Shown: one piece after another, positions 24,693 to 37,298 of the stretch
Layout of the letters: every line of letters starts with the position of its first letter
How positions within the stretch are numbered: the stretch's first letter is position 1
NCBI GenBank assembly: GCA_964234715.1
Contig: OZ174280.1
Direction: 5' to 3' (one strand)
DNA: 64,000 bases
From: Podarcis melisellensis
Lineage: Eukaryota
Made by a program: the position numbers and the translations under genes
Notes under the pieces: generated by a model
What the model saw: only the letters and a program-made list of their open reading frames with translations
Told to the model about the DNA's origin: nothing
Database searches by the model: none

Positions 24693-27469
24693 GGCTAGAA
24701 AATATGCGATGCATTTTCTCCTCTATAGGGACTCCCTTGGTACCAGTATGGCTGGGAATGGCATTAGGCCTGTATCCAGAAACAGCTGTGCTACCTCTTA
24801 ACAAATTGCAAACAGACAGTGACAGAGTACCTATGAACTGGGGAAACTGCCTGCATGGTAAAAAAGCACCTTGAAGCTATAAGTTCTGATTCATAAACAT
24901 AACTTTAATGCACTAATTTAAATGTTTTTGGTGGCTACAAAGGAACCAAGGACTGCCAGTGATCAGAAGAGAAATGCTCTGATTTGTGCTCATCTTGTTT
25001 TCTTACCACATTTGAAAGGATTCTGAAGCAGGTAAAGGTGAACATACCTGCAGGAAATATGAGAATAATTTGCAGATACAAAAGAATGAAAATTCAGTGG
25101 AGACCTCATCCAGTATTAGGCATGTGCTTAAATTTAGGTGTACATCCTGACGGAAGTCCCCTTTGGTCAAAGTTAAGCGCCCTTAAGGCATATTGATTTC
25201 AGTGAGAGAGATGTAAGCTCATTTAACTGTTTTGTTGAAATCAACGGATGCTTAATATGGGCTCTTGTAAGAGGTTCCTTACAAAATAACTTGCCTGAAG
25301 ATAAGGTAAAATTGCCCATAAGTAATTAACTTTAGCTGGATTGGGAAGTTAAAGTTATGGCTTACTTCCAGTGACTGCAACAGAACTTGTTGGTACAGAT
25401 GAACGAGTTCCATTGGTTTCAATGGGACATGCAGGGCAATTGTAGCTAGAGTCAGTATTTACTCAGAAAACAACCTTTCTGTTGAGTTACCCATGTATAT
25501 AAATGGATATAGGATTGCAGCTTTAATACAACTAACTTTAGCTCTCACATGGCTGTACCACTTAGCATGGAAGGGCATTTTTGGCTGACATGATGATTAT
25601 GCTGGCTAGTGGACTGACTTCGACAGGTAGGGTGTCAAGGCCAGAAGCAAAGGCTCTGAGAACAGATTAAATCTAAAGTTGATGAAATGGTCCGAAGTCA
25701 CTGCTTGGCCATTTCCCCAATATATAGAACATTTGAAACTAGCAGAGAAGCTTCTTTTGGACGTGCCACCCACATAAGTTTTCCTGGGAATTTACTTTCT
25801 GTCTGTCTCAATTCCCTCTGCAGTGTCAATTTATCAGCTCAGACTCATTAAGAATACATCTGCTCACAGTCTCCTGGGGACTGATATGTCTCAGCATGCA
25901 ACCTCATTCGTAGGCCCCTACCATAAGCTCTTGCAAAAGCAGCATGCAATTATTAGGACTTTATTCATTTCATACTTCACACTGTTTTGCTTCAGAGTGG
26001 CTGTGAGCTGTTCAGTGGGATCTCATGAGTTGAAGTTCAGTGGGCAGGTGAAGTAATTCCTTTCAAGGTAAATGCAGTTAAGGTACCCCAGTATTCCAAC
26101 ATCATCCCTGCAAGTCATGATCCATCTTTAACACACCTATTATAGTTCACCTTCTAGAGGACTATCCAAAGCACAAGACTGTCATTCTTTATGGGAAGGA
26201 TTTGGTTGATGCCTGCCTTCTTCTTGAAATTATATGGTTAGACAATTGCAATTTGTTATTTGTGAGGTTACCAGAGGGTAGACGTCTTCAGCTCAATTTC
26301 ATTTAGAATACAGCTGTTTCTGATCTTATGGGGCTGACGCTTTCTCAGCAGGCTCCCCTTCATTTCCAAATCTCCCCACAGGCTCTTCGAACAGTTTTGA
26401 TGTTATGGTTTTGTTAATAAACAAGCAACTTAGATTTAGTGCTTTTTGTTTCATGAACTTTTATTAACTTCCACTTGTTTCTCACTTTGCACTGGCTGTG
26501 GATAACAGCGATTATGTTCCCCTCAATCCCCGGTGGTGCTTTATAAAAAGCTATTCAGGTTTCATGAAACCAAAAACCAATTCAACTATAATGTGTGGGT
26601 GTTGTTGTTTCCCCCCCATGGGGGAATACATATGCCATAGAGTACAAAATTTACATGAATTTTTGGGCTGCATAAAATAGTCACCAATTCCAATATTAAG
26701 AGTTGCCATAGACAGTTTTGGCAAGGTGTAAATTTTATCTCAAAAAGATTTAATTGATGTCCTTTTAGTTCACCAGTTGTGCCCACAGATAAGAGTGGAG
26801 GTGGGTGGGGCGCAAAGAGCAACACAGTGTCCCAGACTCAACTAACCTGGTGCACGAGTGGAAGCCAGTTCCCACTAGCACAAGGAGGCTTTCTCCCCTC
26901 TCCTTCCTCTGTGTGCCCCTGCAGTTCCTCCAAGTCCATTCTGGAGGGTCACAAGAATCCTCATAACAGTGTGCAGGGGAGGAGATGGGGATTGTTCTGT
27001 CTGACAAGAAAAAAAGCTTGTGCTGGTGGAAAAATCAAGAGAGCATGACATTGAGTTCCACTATGCACTATGGCTGAATCCATGTCTTTCAAGAAAAGCT
27101 CTAATTATCCTTCTGAAATTTGGCAGGCATTATCCACCCAGAAGGGGTTCTGTGCCTGCAAATTTAACCAAATTCTGCCAAAAAGTAAAGGAGCCGTAAT
27201 AACAGTGAACGAGGAGACATTAAACTTTCATTTTCCTGAAGTGAGGCCACTTTCTGAATGGCCAAATCAAGGTTTTTCCTGAATCTAGTGTTCAGTGCAC
27301 ATCCTTATTTGGGGCCATGACTTTGCAATCATTTGGGGTTTTTTTGGGGGGGGGGGCTAGGGGAAGTACTATTCTGACAAAGATGCTGATAATGACAATA
27401 CTCATATTAGTGGCTTATTGTTAGCTGAATCTTATTTAGTCTTGTTTCAGAAATGCAAGAATGGGGAAC

Positions 27470-30400
27470 AATACAGCCAAAATGTTTTATTTGGGCAATA
27501 CAAATACAATCAAATCAAAAATATCACAGATTTTCATACATTAGTAAGAAGTTACTGTACACTTGAACAGTTGCCATTTTATACAGCTAACAAAGCTTTA
27601 CCTTTAATAAAATGTATTTTCCTCTCACATAAAATATACACTTTTCACTGACGTATTTTACATCATACACCTCTCTGGGATAAGAAACATTTCACAAACA
27701 ATGCACAACAGAGGCCATCTTCTCTAAACCCATACAAAATATTACATTGAAGCGAGAAACACTGTAATATCCTACTATAGGCTGCCGCCCTCAAAGTCAT
27801 ATTCTGTTGCTACTTAAAATACTACATGCATCATAAAATGCTGTACATTGATTGAAGATTGGACACATCAGATTTGCTCAGCACTCTGCATTGTACTTTA
27901 GAATGTCAAGCTTCTAGCTAGATCAGTGGCACACTTGCATCGTTCTTTGTGTCCAAATATGTGCAATTCAGATAATGGCCCACATGTTAAATACTGTGTT
28001 TCGGCAGCAGAACACCAAGAGTTGTTATTTGGTATCTCGGTGTGCCTTGAAGGCATGCAGTTCTGTAAAAGTTGAAGGCTGATTTTTGTTTGCAGACATT
28101 AACCCCAATTCAGAGATTGCTCTATGTAGACATGTGAGGGGCCCTTGCGCATGGAAACACCTTTATGCACACCACAAACCCACAATGGAGCTCAGTGATG
28201 GAGGGCAGGAATGGCAGACATAAGAGACCTGCCCTCTGTACAGATAGCTCATTGCTGGATAGCATCACATTTGAGCAAAGGAAGCATCATCCAAGGATGG
28301 GGAAGCAGGTGCGCTAGGTCTTATGCACATGCTTAAGTGCATGTACACCCCCAACACTCCTCACAGTATTATGAGAACGCACCTTCTCATTTGTTTCTTG
28401 ATGTGGATGAAAACACCTGTATCCAGGATCTGTAAAGCTACATGCAGATTTCCATACTTGGAACGAGCCACATGCAAAGCCTAACGGCGCACAAGAATCT
28501 CTGGCTCAGGGCCACATGTACCCATTTTACTGAAAACTACCTTGTGGTAATAGAAAAGTTAGTGTTAATCTTAAAACGTGTCCTTTGCAAAATGTATAGA
28601 TCTGAACCAGGAGTCAATGGTTGCATGCTGCGGGAGGGAAAATACAGCCTTTATGTTGCCATGTTATAGATTCTGCAGTAGTCTCCTGGTTTCCCTTCCT
28701 ATCCATATAATAGAGAGGAGGGGTGGGGTGGGAAATGTTCTCCCAGAAAACATTCTAGCCATGCTGCAACCCAAAGAACAATAGTAGCAAGCCTCTTTAT
28801 ACTGCAAGGTTTCTTCTATGCTTTTGATAGGAAACTACCAACAGATTTGGGTCCCCCCCCATCAAGTGTCATTCTATTTAAAGAGCAGGCGACAGGAGAA
28901 AGTCCCTTGAATCTTGCATGGTGATGCTAGGATCTAGGCAAACCCCATGTTAAATTCAATGGGACTTGAATTCCAAGTAAGTGTTTATGAGAACGAAGCC
29001 TTAGATCCAGGACAATTTGTGATGGCAGTAGACTTGATTGACTGTGAGTCTCCTCCAGCCATGCATAATGTGCATTGGGAGCAGATTTGAATAGCAAAAA
29101 TAGTATGCAAGTGAAGAGAGCTAAGCCTCCCTCCTCCCATAGCTGACCTAGTCCCGATCTGTTGCCTGAATACTTTTTCCATGTTAGTCAGACTCTGATG
29201 CAGTGAGTGAGTCTAGCTGGGACAAAACACCTGGAGAGGTAATGAATAGTGGGGAGGTAAAATGCAAGAAGAGGAGGGTTCAGCTCTCTCCTATGTGATC
29301 TGTCTGCATTCTGGTTGGGCCCACAGTTCTCTGTAGGTTAGTTCCAGTATTAAACCAACAGACTTGCCAGCATGGTGGATACTTTGAATCTTAGAGACTC
29401 AATGAACCTCAGGTCAAACTGCATCAATAGAATCGTCTCTCTCAGAGTTTATCCTCTTCAGTCAACCAGAATAATTCCCCCCCCCCCCTGCTAAATATGA
29501 AAGGAGATTTTCGTCCTATGCATTGTATGATAGAGTAAGGAATGATACATGGATATTAACCAAGAGTTTTGGAAATCTTTTGCAATTACACTAAGCACCT
29601 GTTTAGTTTCAGGGGATTAACCCCTCCCAATTGCACATATTAAGAAGTATCAATTTAAATGGACAGCTCAATATGCACAGTAGCTTTGTTTCCATAAGAT
29701 GTTTCGCATTTTGCATTTCTCTTGTAAAGAACCAGCTTTCTAGAGACTCTTAAGTCCTTGACAACAATGATATAGCTCTGTTGATTTTTAAGTTCTTCGT
29801 GTTCAGTGAAAACGCAGCATTGAAATCACCATTTAGGAACATTTTTGTATTTCTACAGTTTCCCACAATACTGAACAGAAGTTGAAGAACCACAGAACCT
29901 TCTAAACTTGGACTAATACCAGAGTAGTGAATATTTGCCTGTATATTTGCCAGAATATTTGTTAGATTGAGGTAACGGTTTCAGCAAGTGTTAACCTACG
30001 TTCAAATATCAAGACTCCTTTCTGACCTCAGTTTCTTATTTTGCAGAGTTTCTTTCTTATCTTGCTGTCAAACTGACTTCATATAGTAATATCCTAGGCA
30101 TCCTAATCCCATTCCCAGGAAGAAATTCCCCTACTAAGATTTCTTCTTTTTTACCTGAAGTTGCATTTGGAACCCCAGACCGTTGGCATTCAGAAAATCT
30201 TACTACATCTAAATAAGGCATCTATTTATATTTTCTTTACTATGCTCCAAATAAAAGGTTTCCATTACGTCAAGAGGATATATCAAGAGAAGAAGTAAAA
30301 AGGAGAAATATGTATCTCTTGCTTAGAAGCTGACTAGAATGAAGGTCAAAGAAAAAGGCAGTGCCTAATGGATTAGAACACTAAAGACTAATGTGAACAT

Positions 30401-32083
30401 TGCCCATCACTAAACAAAAGTGTCTGTTGTCTGATGGGAGCAGAAAGGCATGTATGAATAAGGAATGCCCCAACATAGAAGATACAAGATGCTCTTTTAC
30501 CTCCTGATCTCCAGCATCAGCCATCAATGCCATGGGATTTCTTTTTAGAAAGAAACTATTAACTTACTCTAGATTCAACATAGTGGCTTTGTTCAACTGT
30601 GAAGACTATACCTCGTAAACAATGTGAGTAAATAAATGTAGTGTATGAAAGAGCACTGACCCGGGTGGATTTTTAATTTTTTTTGTGGGTGTCAGTGTTA
30701 ATTTGAGTCCATCAAGTCAAATTTCAGAAGGATGTAGAGAACAGTCCTTCCATGTTGGCGATTGATATTTTAATTGTTATCTGATGCCATTCGGCCCATC
30801 CTTATCATATACATTTCCCCTGCCTGTGCTGCTTTCACCTGTCATGGTTGGGAAATGTCCTTCACATATCATTTGGCTGGTTCTTGACCAGAAGAAACCG
30901 TGTGCACTCTTGTGTGTATTTACAATTATTTGTGTCTTTCAATCAATGTAGTTTAATTTTGCCAGATACATCATTTCTAGCCATCTACCCAGCACTTGTT
31001 ATTTAGAAGAATATAACTAGCTGGAGACACATTGCTTTGAAAAAGTCCTTTTCTCCCCGCTACCACCACCGCATCGCAAAATATATTAGATGCAATGCAG
31101 TACTTAGACTGCTCTTCCTTATTGTGAAAATGTATAAAGAAAGAGAATCAATGTTTGCCATGCACCATTGGGACACTGAAGTGAATGGAAACGGATCGAT
31201 TCTCTTCTGATTCTTACCAAATCAGCCCCATGTGAGCCAAAAGATTAGAACAGAATGAGGTCCAGAATACTAACCCAAAGTTAATATCACCTTCTGTGCA
31301 CATAAGCCAGACTATGTGAGTATTCCTGACTCCCAGCCGAGTGTCAGGGATTCTCTGCCAATGAAATATTTGCTATGCAAATATGTACACCGTCTCTTGG
31401 GTGGAAAGATGAAGACATGGCATTATATGACCAAGTCCATGCGGATAGAAAAATAACCGAACCTGCTTTTCCCACTGAAAGTGCAGCGTTCTATATACAC
31501 TATATACAGATCTACAGAATACAACATTGGCCAGAGTGCTCAGCATGCCTCAGTTATATGTGCCATAATTTCATAAAGCAAAATTTCCATCGGTTTGCTC
31601 CTTCTATTGCCTCCTGTCTCCAGAGAAAGGATATTCAACTTTCATTCACTCTGTTCTATTTTGTTTTGTGATTTGATGTAATAAAATGAAACCTTATTTC
31701 CATTATGGGTCATTATTTCTTCGCCAAGACACATCAGTTCTGACAAGTTTCAAAAAGAAATCTTTCTTGATATACCTAAGTGAAGAAAGCCAAGTTTCTG
31801 TGATTTTTTATTTTTTTAAATTGTTGGCTTTTTGCAAAGGCAAAGGGGAGAGAGATAAAGAGTGGTTGAGGCAAAGACTGGAAATTATTTTATTTAAAAA
31901 GGGAAAGGGAAAAACCTTGTAGGATAGCATTTTAAGCATGCTGTTTCTCGGCAGTGACTTCAGGCCAGGAGTTTTGGGCAGAGGTTCCGTACCCCACTGA
32001 GAATAATCATCAGGAGAGCCCTCTAAGGTGGCAGGGTTGGTTCCCCATATTTTGAAGTTTAAGTGAAGTGCACAGATTACCAT
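27470..32083 (-). other. Terminal exon, mostly a long 3' UTR (about 4.6 kb), of an unidentified - strand gene
   Basis: Minus-strand acceptor ctccctctttcag|ATGGTAA at 32083 with a branch-point-like CTTAAC (32110-32115). The body is almost free of transposons and has four - strand UGUAHAUA motifs. It ends in a U/UG-rich segment with AATAAA. The coding frame is unresolved: xW*, DGNLCTSLKLQNMGNQPCHLRGLS*, or the 91-aa ORF. Confidence 0.6.
27486..27491 (-). terminator. Polyadenylation signal AATAAA of the - strand gene
   Basis: The minus strand reads tgattgtatttgtattgcccaAATAAAacattttggctgtattgttccccattcttgcatttct, with upstream UGUA motifs and a downstream U-rich element. Confidence 0.65.
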
Positions 32084-33794
32084 CTGAAAGAGGGAGCCTC
32101 CATAAGACCGTTAAGTCCAGATGGCCGAATCCAGCTATGTCATCGCATGAACACAACAACGTCCTATTGTGCAATGGAACATCTTCTCCCTCTGCTTCCC
32201 ACATGTGCTCCCTGCCCGCTTCCAAATATGCTTCAGAGGGTTGGAGAGACCCAGAGCAGATTTGGTGCACATGTGGAAGTTGTTCTGCTCACAAAACGAC
32301 ATCATTAGATACACTCCAGTGTTTAAAATTACGTAATTGCCCTAATGACAATTTCTTACATATTTTAAAAAATATGTAGATCTTTTAAATGCCAGTTCTT
32401 AAATTTGGGACCTTGTTGTACGAAGATAAGGAACTTTTTAATATGAAAAAGACTTTAAGTATGGCAGTGAGCACCACTAAGAAATCTATCCATTAGATGT
32501 GAGCTTTAGAAATGCTTCAAGGTTCGTTTACCCTGCATAAACTGTACATCTACTGAAGCAACGGAGAAGTGCTCAAGAGAATCACTGATGGCATTACACC
32601 ATCATTGGGTTCACCATTATATATTTGCCCAAAGAGATTATCATATTGTACAACATAAATAATTGTCTATTCGGTGCAGAAAAGCAAACTATAATGCAAA
32701 TGTTTGCTTTAAGTGTCAATTGTTGACATGTTTTTTTATGCTTGAAAGTGAGGATGAAAAATGTTAGTCTCCCTTCATTCTCCTTAATGCTTTTTGACCT
32801 TATTTTGCTCTTAAGTAGCTTTTGCCATCAAAAGCTATTTGTGCAGAATGATTTCCCAAATGCGAGAGAAGCCCTACTGTGTAATACTTGCCAAATCTCA
32901 CAGTGTGCAACATTACATTACAGGCAGGTTTCACTACTCACTGATTCCATTTTGCAGTCCAGCTAAAACCATCCCATAATTAAATAGCAAAGCCCATGCA
33001 GTGTAAAGGGCAAATGCTTTAAACGTGTCAATAGAAATGCTCTATATGTTTATGACTCAACTTACTTTACAGCAAAGTCAGCATAAAAATCGAACACATC
33101 TGTTTTGTTAACAATGATGACTTGAGCTAATGATTTATAAGTTAAGCATTAAAATGCACTGAAGTGTGGAAATCACTGTACAAAGCTTGCAAGCACACAG
33201 AGCCATCACTGTAGACTGACATTTACATTAGCTTTACCATCAGGGCAAAGTTAACACTTTATGTTTTGCAGCCTAAGTCTAAAAACGTTTCCTTGGAAGT
33301 AAGTCCTATTGATTTCAATCAGGTTTATTTCCGGGTTAAGCAAGCTTAGAATTTCAGCAAAATGTGCCATCGATCTTCAGCATATGCTTCAAGATTACAT
33401 AAGGCGTAACCCGTTACACCTTTTAACCACCAGGATGTGCTTACTATCAGAGTGTTTAAAAAGGGTGGATTTCTTCCATGTCCTTCTGCATGCTTATGAA
33501 TGAAGCAGGGCTTCTAGTTCAGTGACTGTGTAATTAGAGGATAACAATTATTCCAGGTTCTTTTCTGCTGAATGCATGGTTGTGGATATGCATATATAGT
33601 GCTTGTGCCTAGAATGCATTCTAGACATCAATAGCTTCGAATTCTAAGACTCCAAGAAGAGTCTTGGACTGGAAAAAAACCTGGAGTTTCTTTTTATTAA
33701 TGCACTCACAATTTATCAGACATACAATGTGTATCTAGGCTAAAATAAACCACGCTATTGCAGAATTTGGGCTTTTTCTGTATGTCAAGACTTC

Positions 33795-34220
33795 TACATA
33801 AGAAGCGACCTTATGCTGGTCAGTTAATTCTTCTTTTCTAGGTCAGTATTGCCTATTCCAAGGGACAGCAGTCAGGCCATTTCATGGCATCTGCCATTGC
33901 GGGCTGCCACCCATTGTGACTGGTGGGATGGAAAGCAGAGAACTCAAAAGCAGGTTGAGCCAATGAGAGGCAGGCGACTTATGCTAGTTTAGCTCCCATC
34001 TCCTTCCTCCTTTCTGAATTCTACAATGGCAGAAGGCAGGTTAGAGTTTGCATGCACTGACTGAGGTTGTTGGGGCCCCTTCCCCTTTGCCCCAATAGAC
34101 CACCCACTGCTGGTCTGCTACTGGATCCTTTTGACTGGTGATGCCAGGGATTGAACCTGAGACCTTCCACATACAAAGCACATGCTTACATTCTTGACCA
34201 CTGAAATATGGTCCTCCCCC
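33795..34220 (-). mobile_element. tRNA-derived SINE split by an insertion of about 220 bp
   Basis: Tail at about 33795-33880 and head gatgccagggattgaacctgagaccttccacatacaaagc at about 34125-34220, with unrelated sequence between them. Confidence 0.55.
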
Positions 34221-37126
34221 ATTCCTAGAGAACCCAGTCACACAAGAATTTTTTAGTTGGGCTATTTCTCCTAGTAGTTGCTCAGTCGTCTGCATTACAT
34301 ATTGTAAAAAAACAAACTTGAAAGTCTTTTTTTTCTGATTATGGGTTTGAAGGTTTTGGTGAGGCAACAAAGGCTACTCTGTCCGAAGGAGGAACCATCA
34401 ATAACAGCTCGTTTTATAAATTAATCCTAATAATAAAGTGCCGTTCACAATGAAAGCAAGCTATTATTTCCCCTCACACATAGTATATTACAGTGTAAGA
34501 TCCAGAAATACCATGTTCTGCAGGGTAGATAATAAGCAGAGTCAACTGGGGAGCTATTGAGGTCCATTGGGTAGAGCAAGAGCAACTGGGCCTCAGCAGG
34601 AGTGGCTCAGGATGGAGCTGCAGTGTTAGTCTCCAGGCAGCAGCATTGCTGTCACTCACCAGGAAGGGCCAGGTGCCCATGAGGTTGGGATAATGTGGAT
34701 TTAGGCAAATCACAATGTTCTCTCGTTTAGTCATCCATCAGTTAAATAAGCAATAATGATGACCATTCATGCAATGCATTTTGAAAATCAGATGTGCTAG
34801 AATAGCGGAAGTAATTTACCCAGGAAGGTAAAAACAAGAATCCTCTTGTCTATCTAATGGGAGAAGGGTATCGTTTTCTAATCCTCAACTTGTTACTCTT
34901 TTAGACTACAAGAAGGATTGGGGTGAGTTTTTAAAAATGTATTTTATCAAATTTAGAACCAAATTGCTCATCCTCAGACATCATGGATGATATTGTAGAA
35001 GTGGTTTTACATGGAGAAGCTCCATTTTTAAATGTAGGGAAATTTGGGGTCCACCATTTTTTCACTGGAAATGCTGGTTCTACTGTATGAGTGCTCTGCA
35101 TTTCTTGCCCAAAATCTTTGCCCTACACAGCACTGACACTTTTAGTATAGGTGTTACTGAAAGGAGGCCTGATCATCACAAGAATTAGAACTTAAGAGGA
35201 TTGTTCATTTGGTACAGTTTCTTTTAAAAAGCGCCATTGACCGAAACAATGAAGGCAACATGGACTGGACAAAAGCAGCATGTGAAATATGAAGATATGT
35301 AAATCTTATAGCTGCTGTAATCAGAAAAGATAACTGGAAGTTATAGTTGATTGGTTTGCAGCAGTGGACAATGATGTCCCCATTGACAATAAATGAAAGC
35401 CACATGAGAGCTAAGCTGTTCTCCCTGAAGTGATGAAGGTCATTGTGGCTAATGCCGATTTTATGTTGTCATCAATGTAAATGCTTTAGCATTATCTTAG
35501 TTTAACTCATATAGTTGTAAAATTTACAAAACAGGAAGTCCAACCAAGGAACCACCCCCCCTTAAAAAAAAATACTGACAGACAGAATGGTTTAGTAGAT
35601 ACTCTTTTAGATGTGGTCCTATGAATCTAAAGTTCAAAGCCCAGATCAGTCTTGGACTGACTGGCTGGACTATATTTTCTATGTCTCAGCCGTTTTGCAC
35701 CATCTGTAAAACAAGATCATTTTCATTAGTGAGAAAGTTGTCTCTCAGTGAAACATACTACATCTCAGTGAGATATTCCTATCATTGAGAAGGTTAAACT
35801 AAAATGTCCAAGTACAAGGAACTTTTTAGGGGGGGGGGATAAATTAATCATGTGATTTATCCCATCTTTATTCTGGAGTGGTACTGTCCAGGAATCAATT
35901 TTACCATGTCTTGAGCTGATTGTCTATGTGTCTATTAGGTACTGAAGTTCTAGATTGACTTTAGGTTTATTAAGTAGAATTGCCACCATAAGATTGTGAG
36001 TGAGTGTTGTGTGTGTGTTCGTTCACTACTGACCATGCGGAAGGGTGCTCAGCATGCTCACCAAAGGGTATATAACGTAGACATGAGCTAAAACAGGAGA
36101 GCTCCATTATAGTGTGCATGTGATTGTACTAGCCCATTGCAGTGCTGCGCTTGGGAAATCCAAGAGCATTTCAGCTGTTGAGCTGAAGGAGTGAATGGGG
36201 GCAGCTGTAATCCAATACTACCACTTCTAGGCTGTCACAATTTTGCAGGAACGATTCAGTTATACACCATCTAATTTAGGTTGCATAATTAAAGTAGATC
36301 TGCGCTCTTGTGCAACAAGCCCACTTCCAAAAAGAAAGATAGGATATTTATTGATGGTGTGATACAGAAAGTGAAGGGAGAATGCACTGGAAAGTGTGTG
36401 TTAATAGCAATGTCTGGGGAAGTTCCATTCAATCCAATAAGAATGAATGCACAATAAATAGTGACACAGGCCAACCAGCAACATGTCTAAATCCCCCCCC
36501 CCCATTCTCAATGAACAGGTTCTCTAGAAGAGGCCCCAGGAAAATATTTAGTAGTAACCTCTTCCTTCACATCATCACAGTATCCTGTACAATTTGATAT
36601 CTTTTTTTCCTTTGCCCACTCAGTGAAGAATTAATTTTTTCTGTCAATTTCATCTACACTTGGTTCATTTTTACTGAAAAAAGATATACCAGAACGACAA
36701 GTAATTAAGCTTGACGTACTCCAGAAGTAAAGCAAAAGTTCATAATTAAGGGTAAGCACCCTTGAAATAATCAGAAAGTGTCATTATTTGGACATTAGTC
36801 TCAAAATTAGTAATGTGAAACTTGCTATTCACAGAGAGGCATCGACACCGCATTATCACTGGCTAGTACATATCTTTTCTTTCTGGAAGTTATTGAGCCA
36901 GATCATTAGAAGGTGTAAATTAGCTGGGCTCCATTGCCTTACATTAAGCCAGTGGAGTTACATTGTCTGAGGCTCAGAAGAGACATGGAATATGAAACTT
37001 CCTATGCTTTAATGATGCAGACGGGGACGCAATGTCCACTTCTCTTACAGGGTTGCAAAACAAAGATTCGTTGGAAATGAAGACCAGGAACTGTAGAAAC
37101 ACTGCAGAGGCAGGTTTGCCAATCGT

Positions 37127-37298
37127 TGACTCTGTGCACACCACACATTTAAAGCACATGGACCCCTCCACAAAGAATCTTGGGAACTGTACTTTACCCC
37201 TAAAAAGCCATAATGCTAAGCACCCTGAACAAACTACAGTTCCCAAGAGTCTTTCAGGGAAGTCGTTGTGCTTTAAATGCATGGTATGTATACAGTCA
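37127..37298. mobile_element. Palindromic MITE of about 170 bp
   Basis: Arms cacaccacacatttaaagcaca / tgtgctttaaatgcatggtatg and tcttgggaactgta / tacagttcccaaga. Confidence 0.75.

Noticed and set aside
29857-29971. + strand acceptor/donor pair (ttctacag ... GAG|gtaacg)
   Set aside because: It has stops in all three frames and lies antisense within the inferred 3' UTR.
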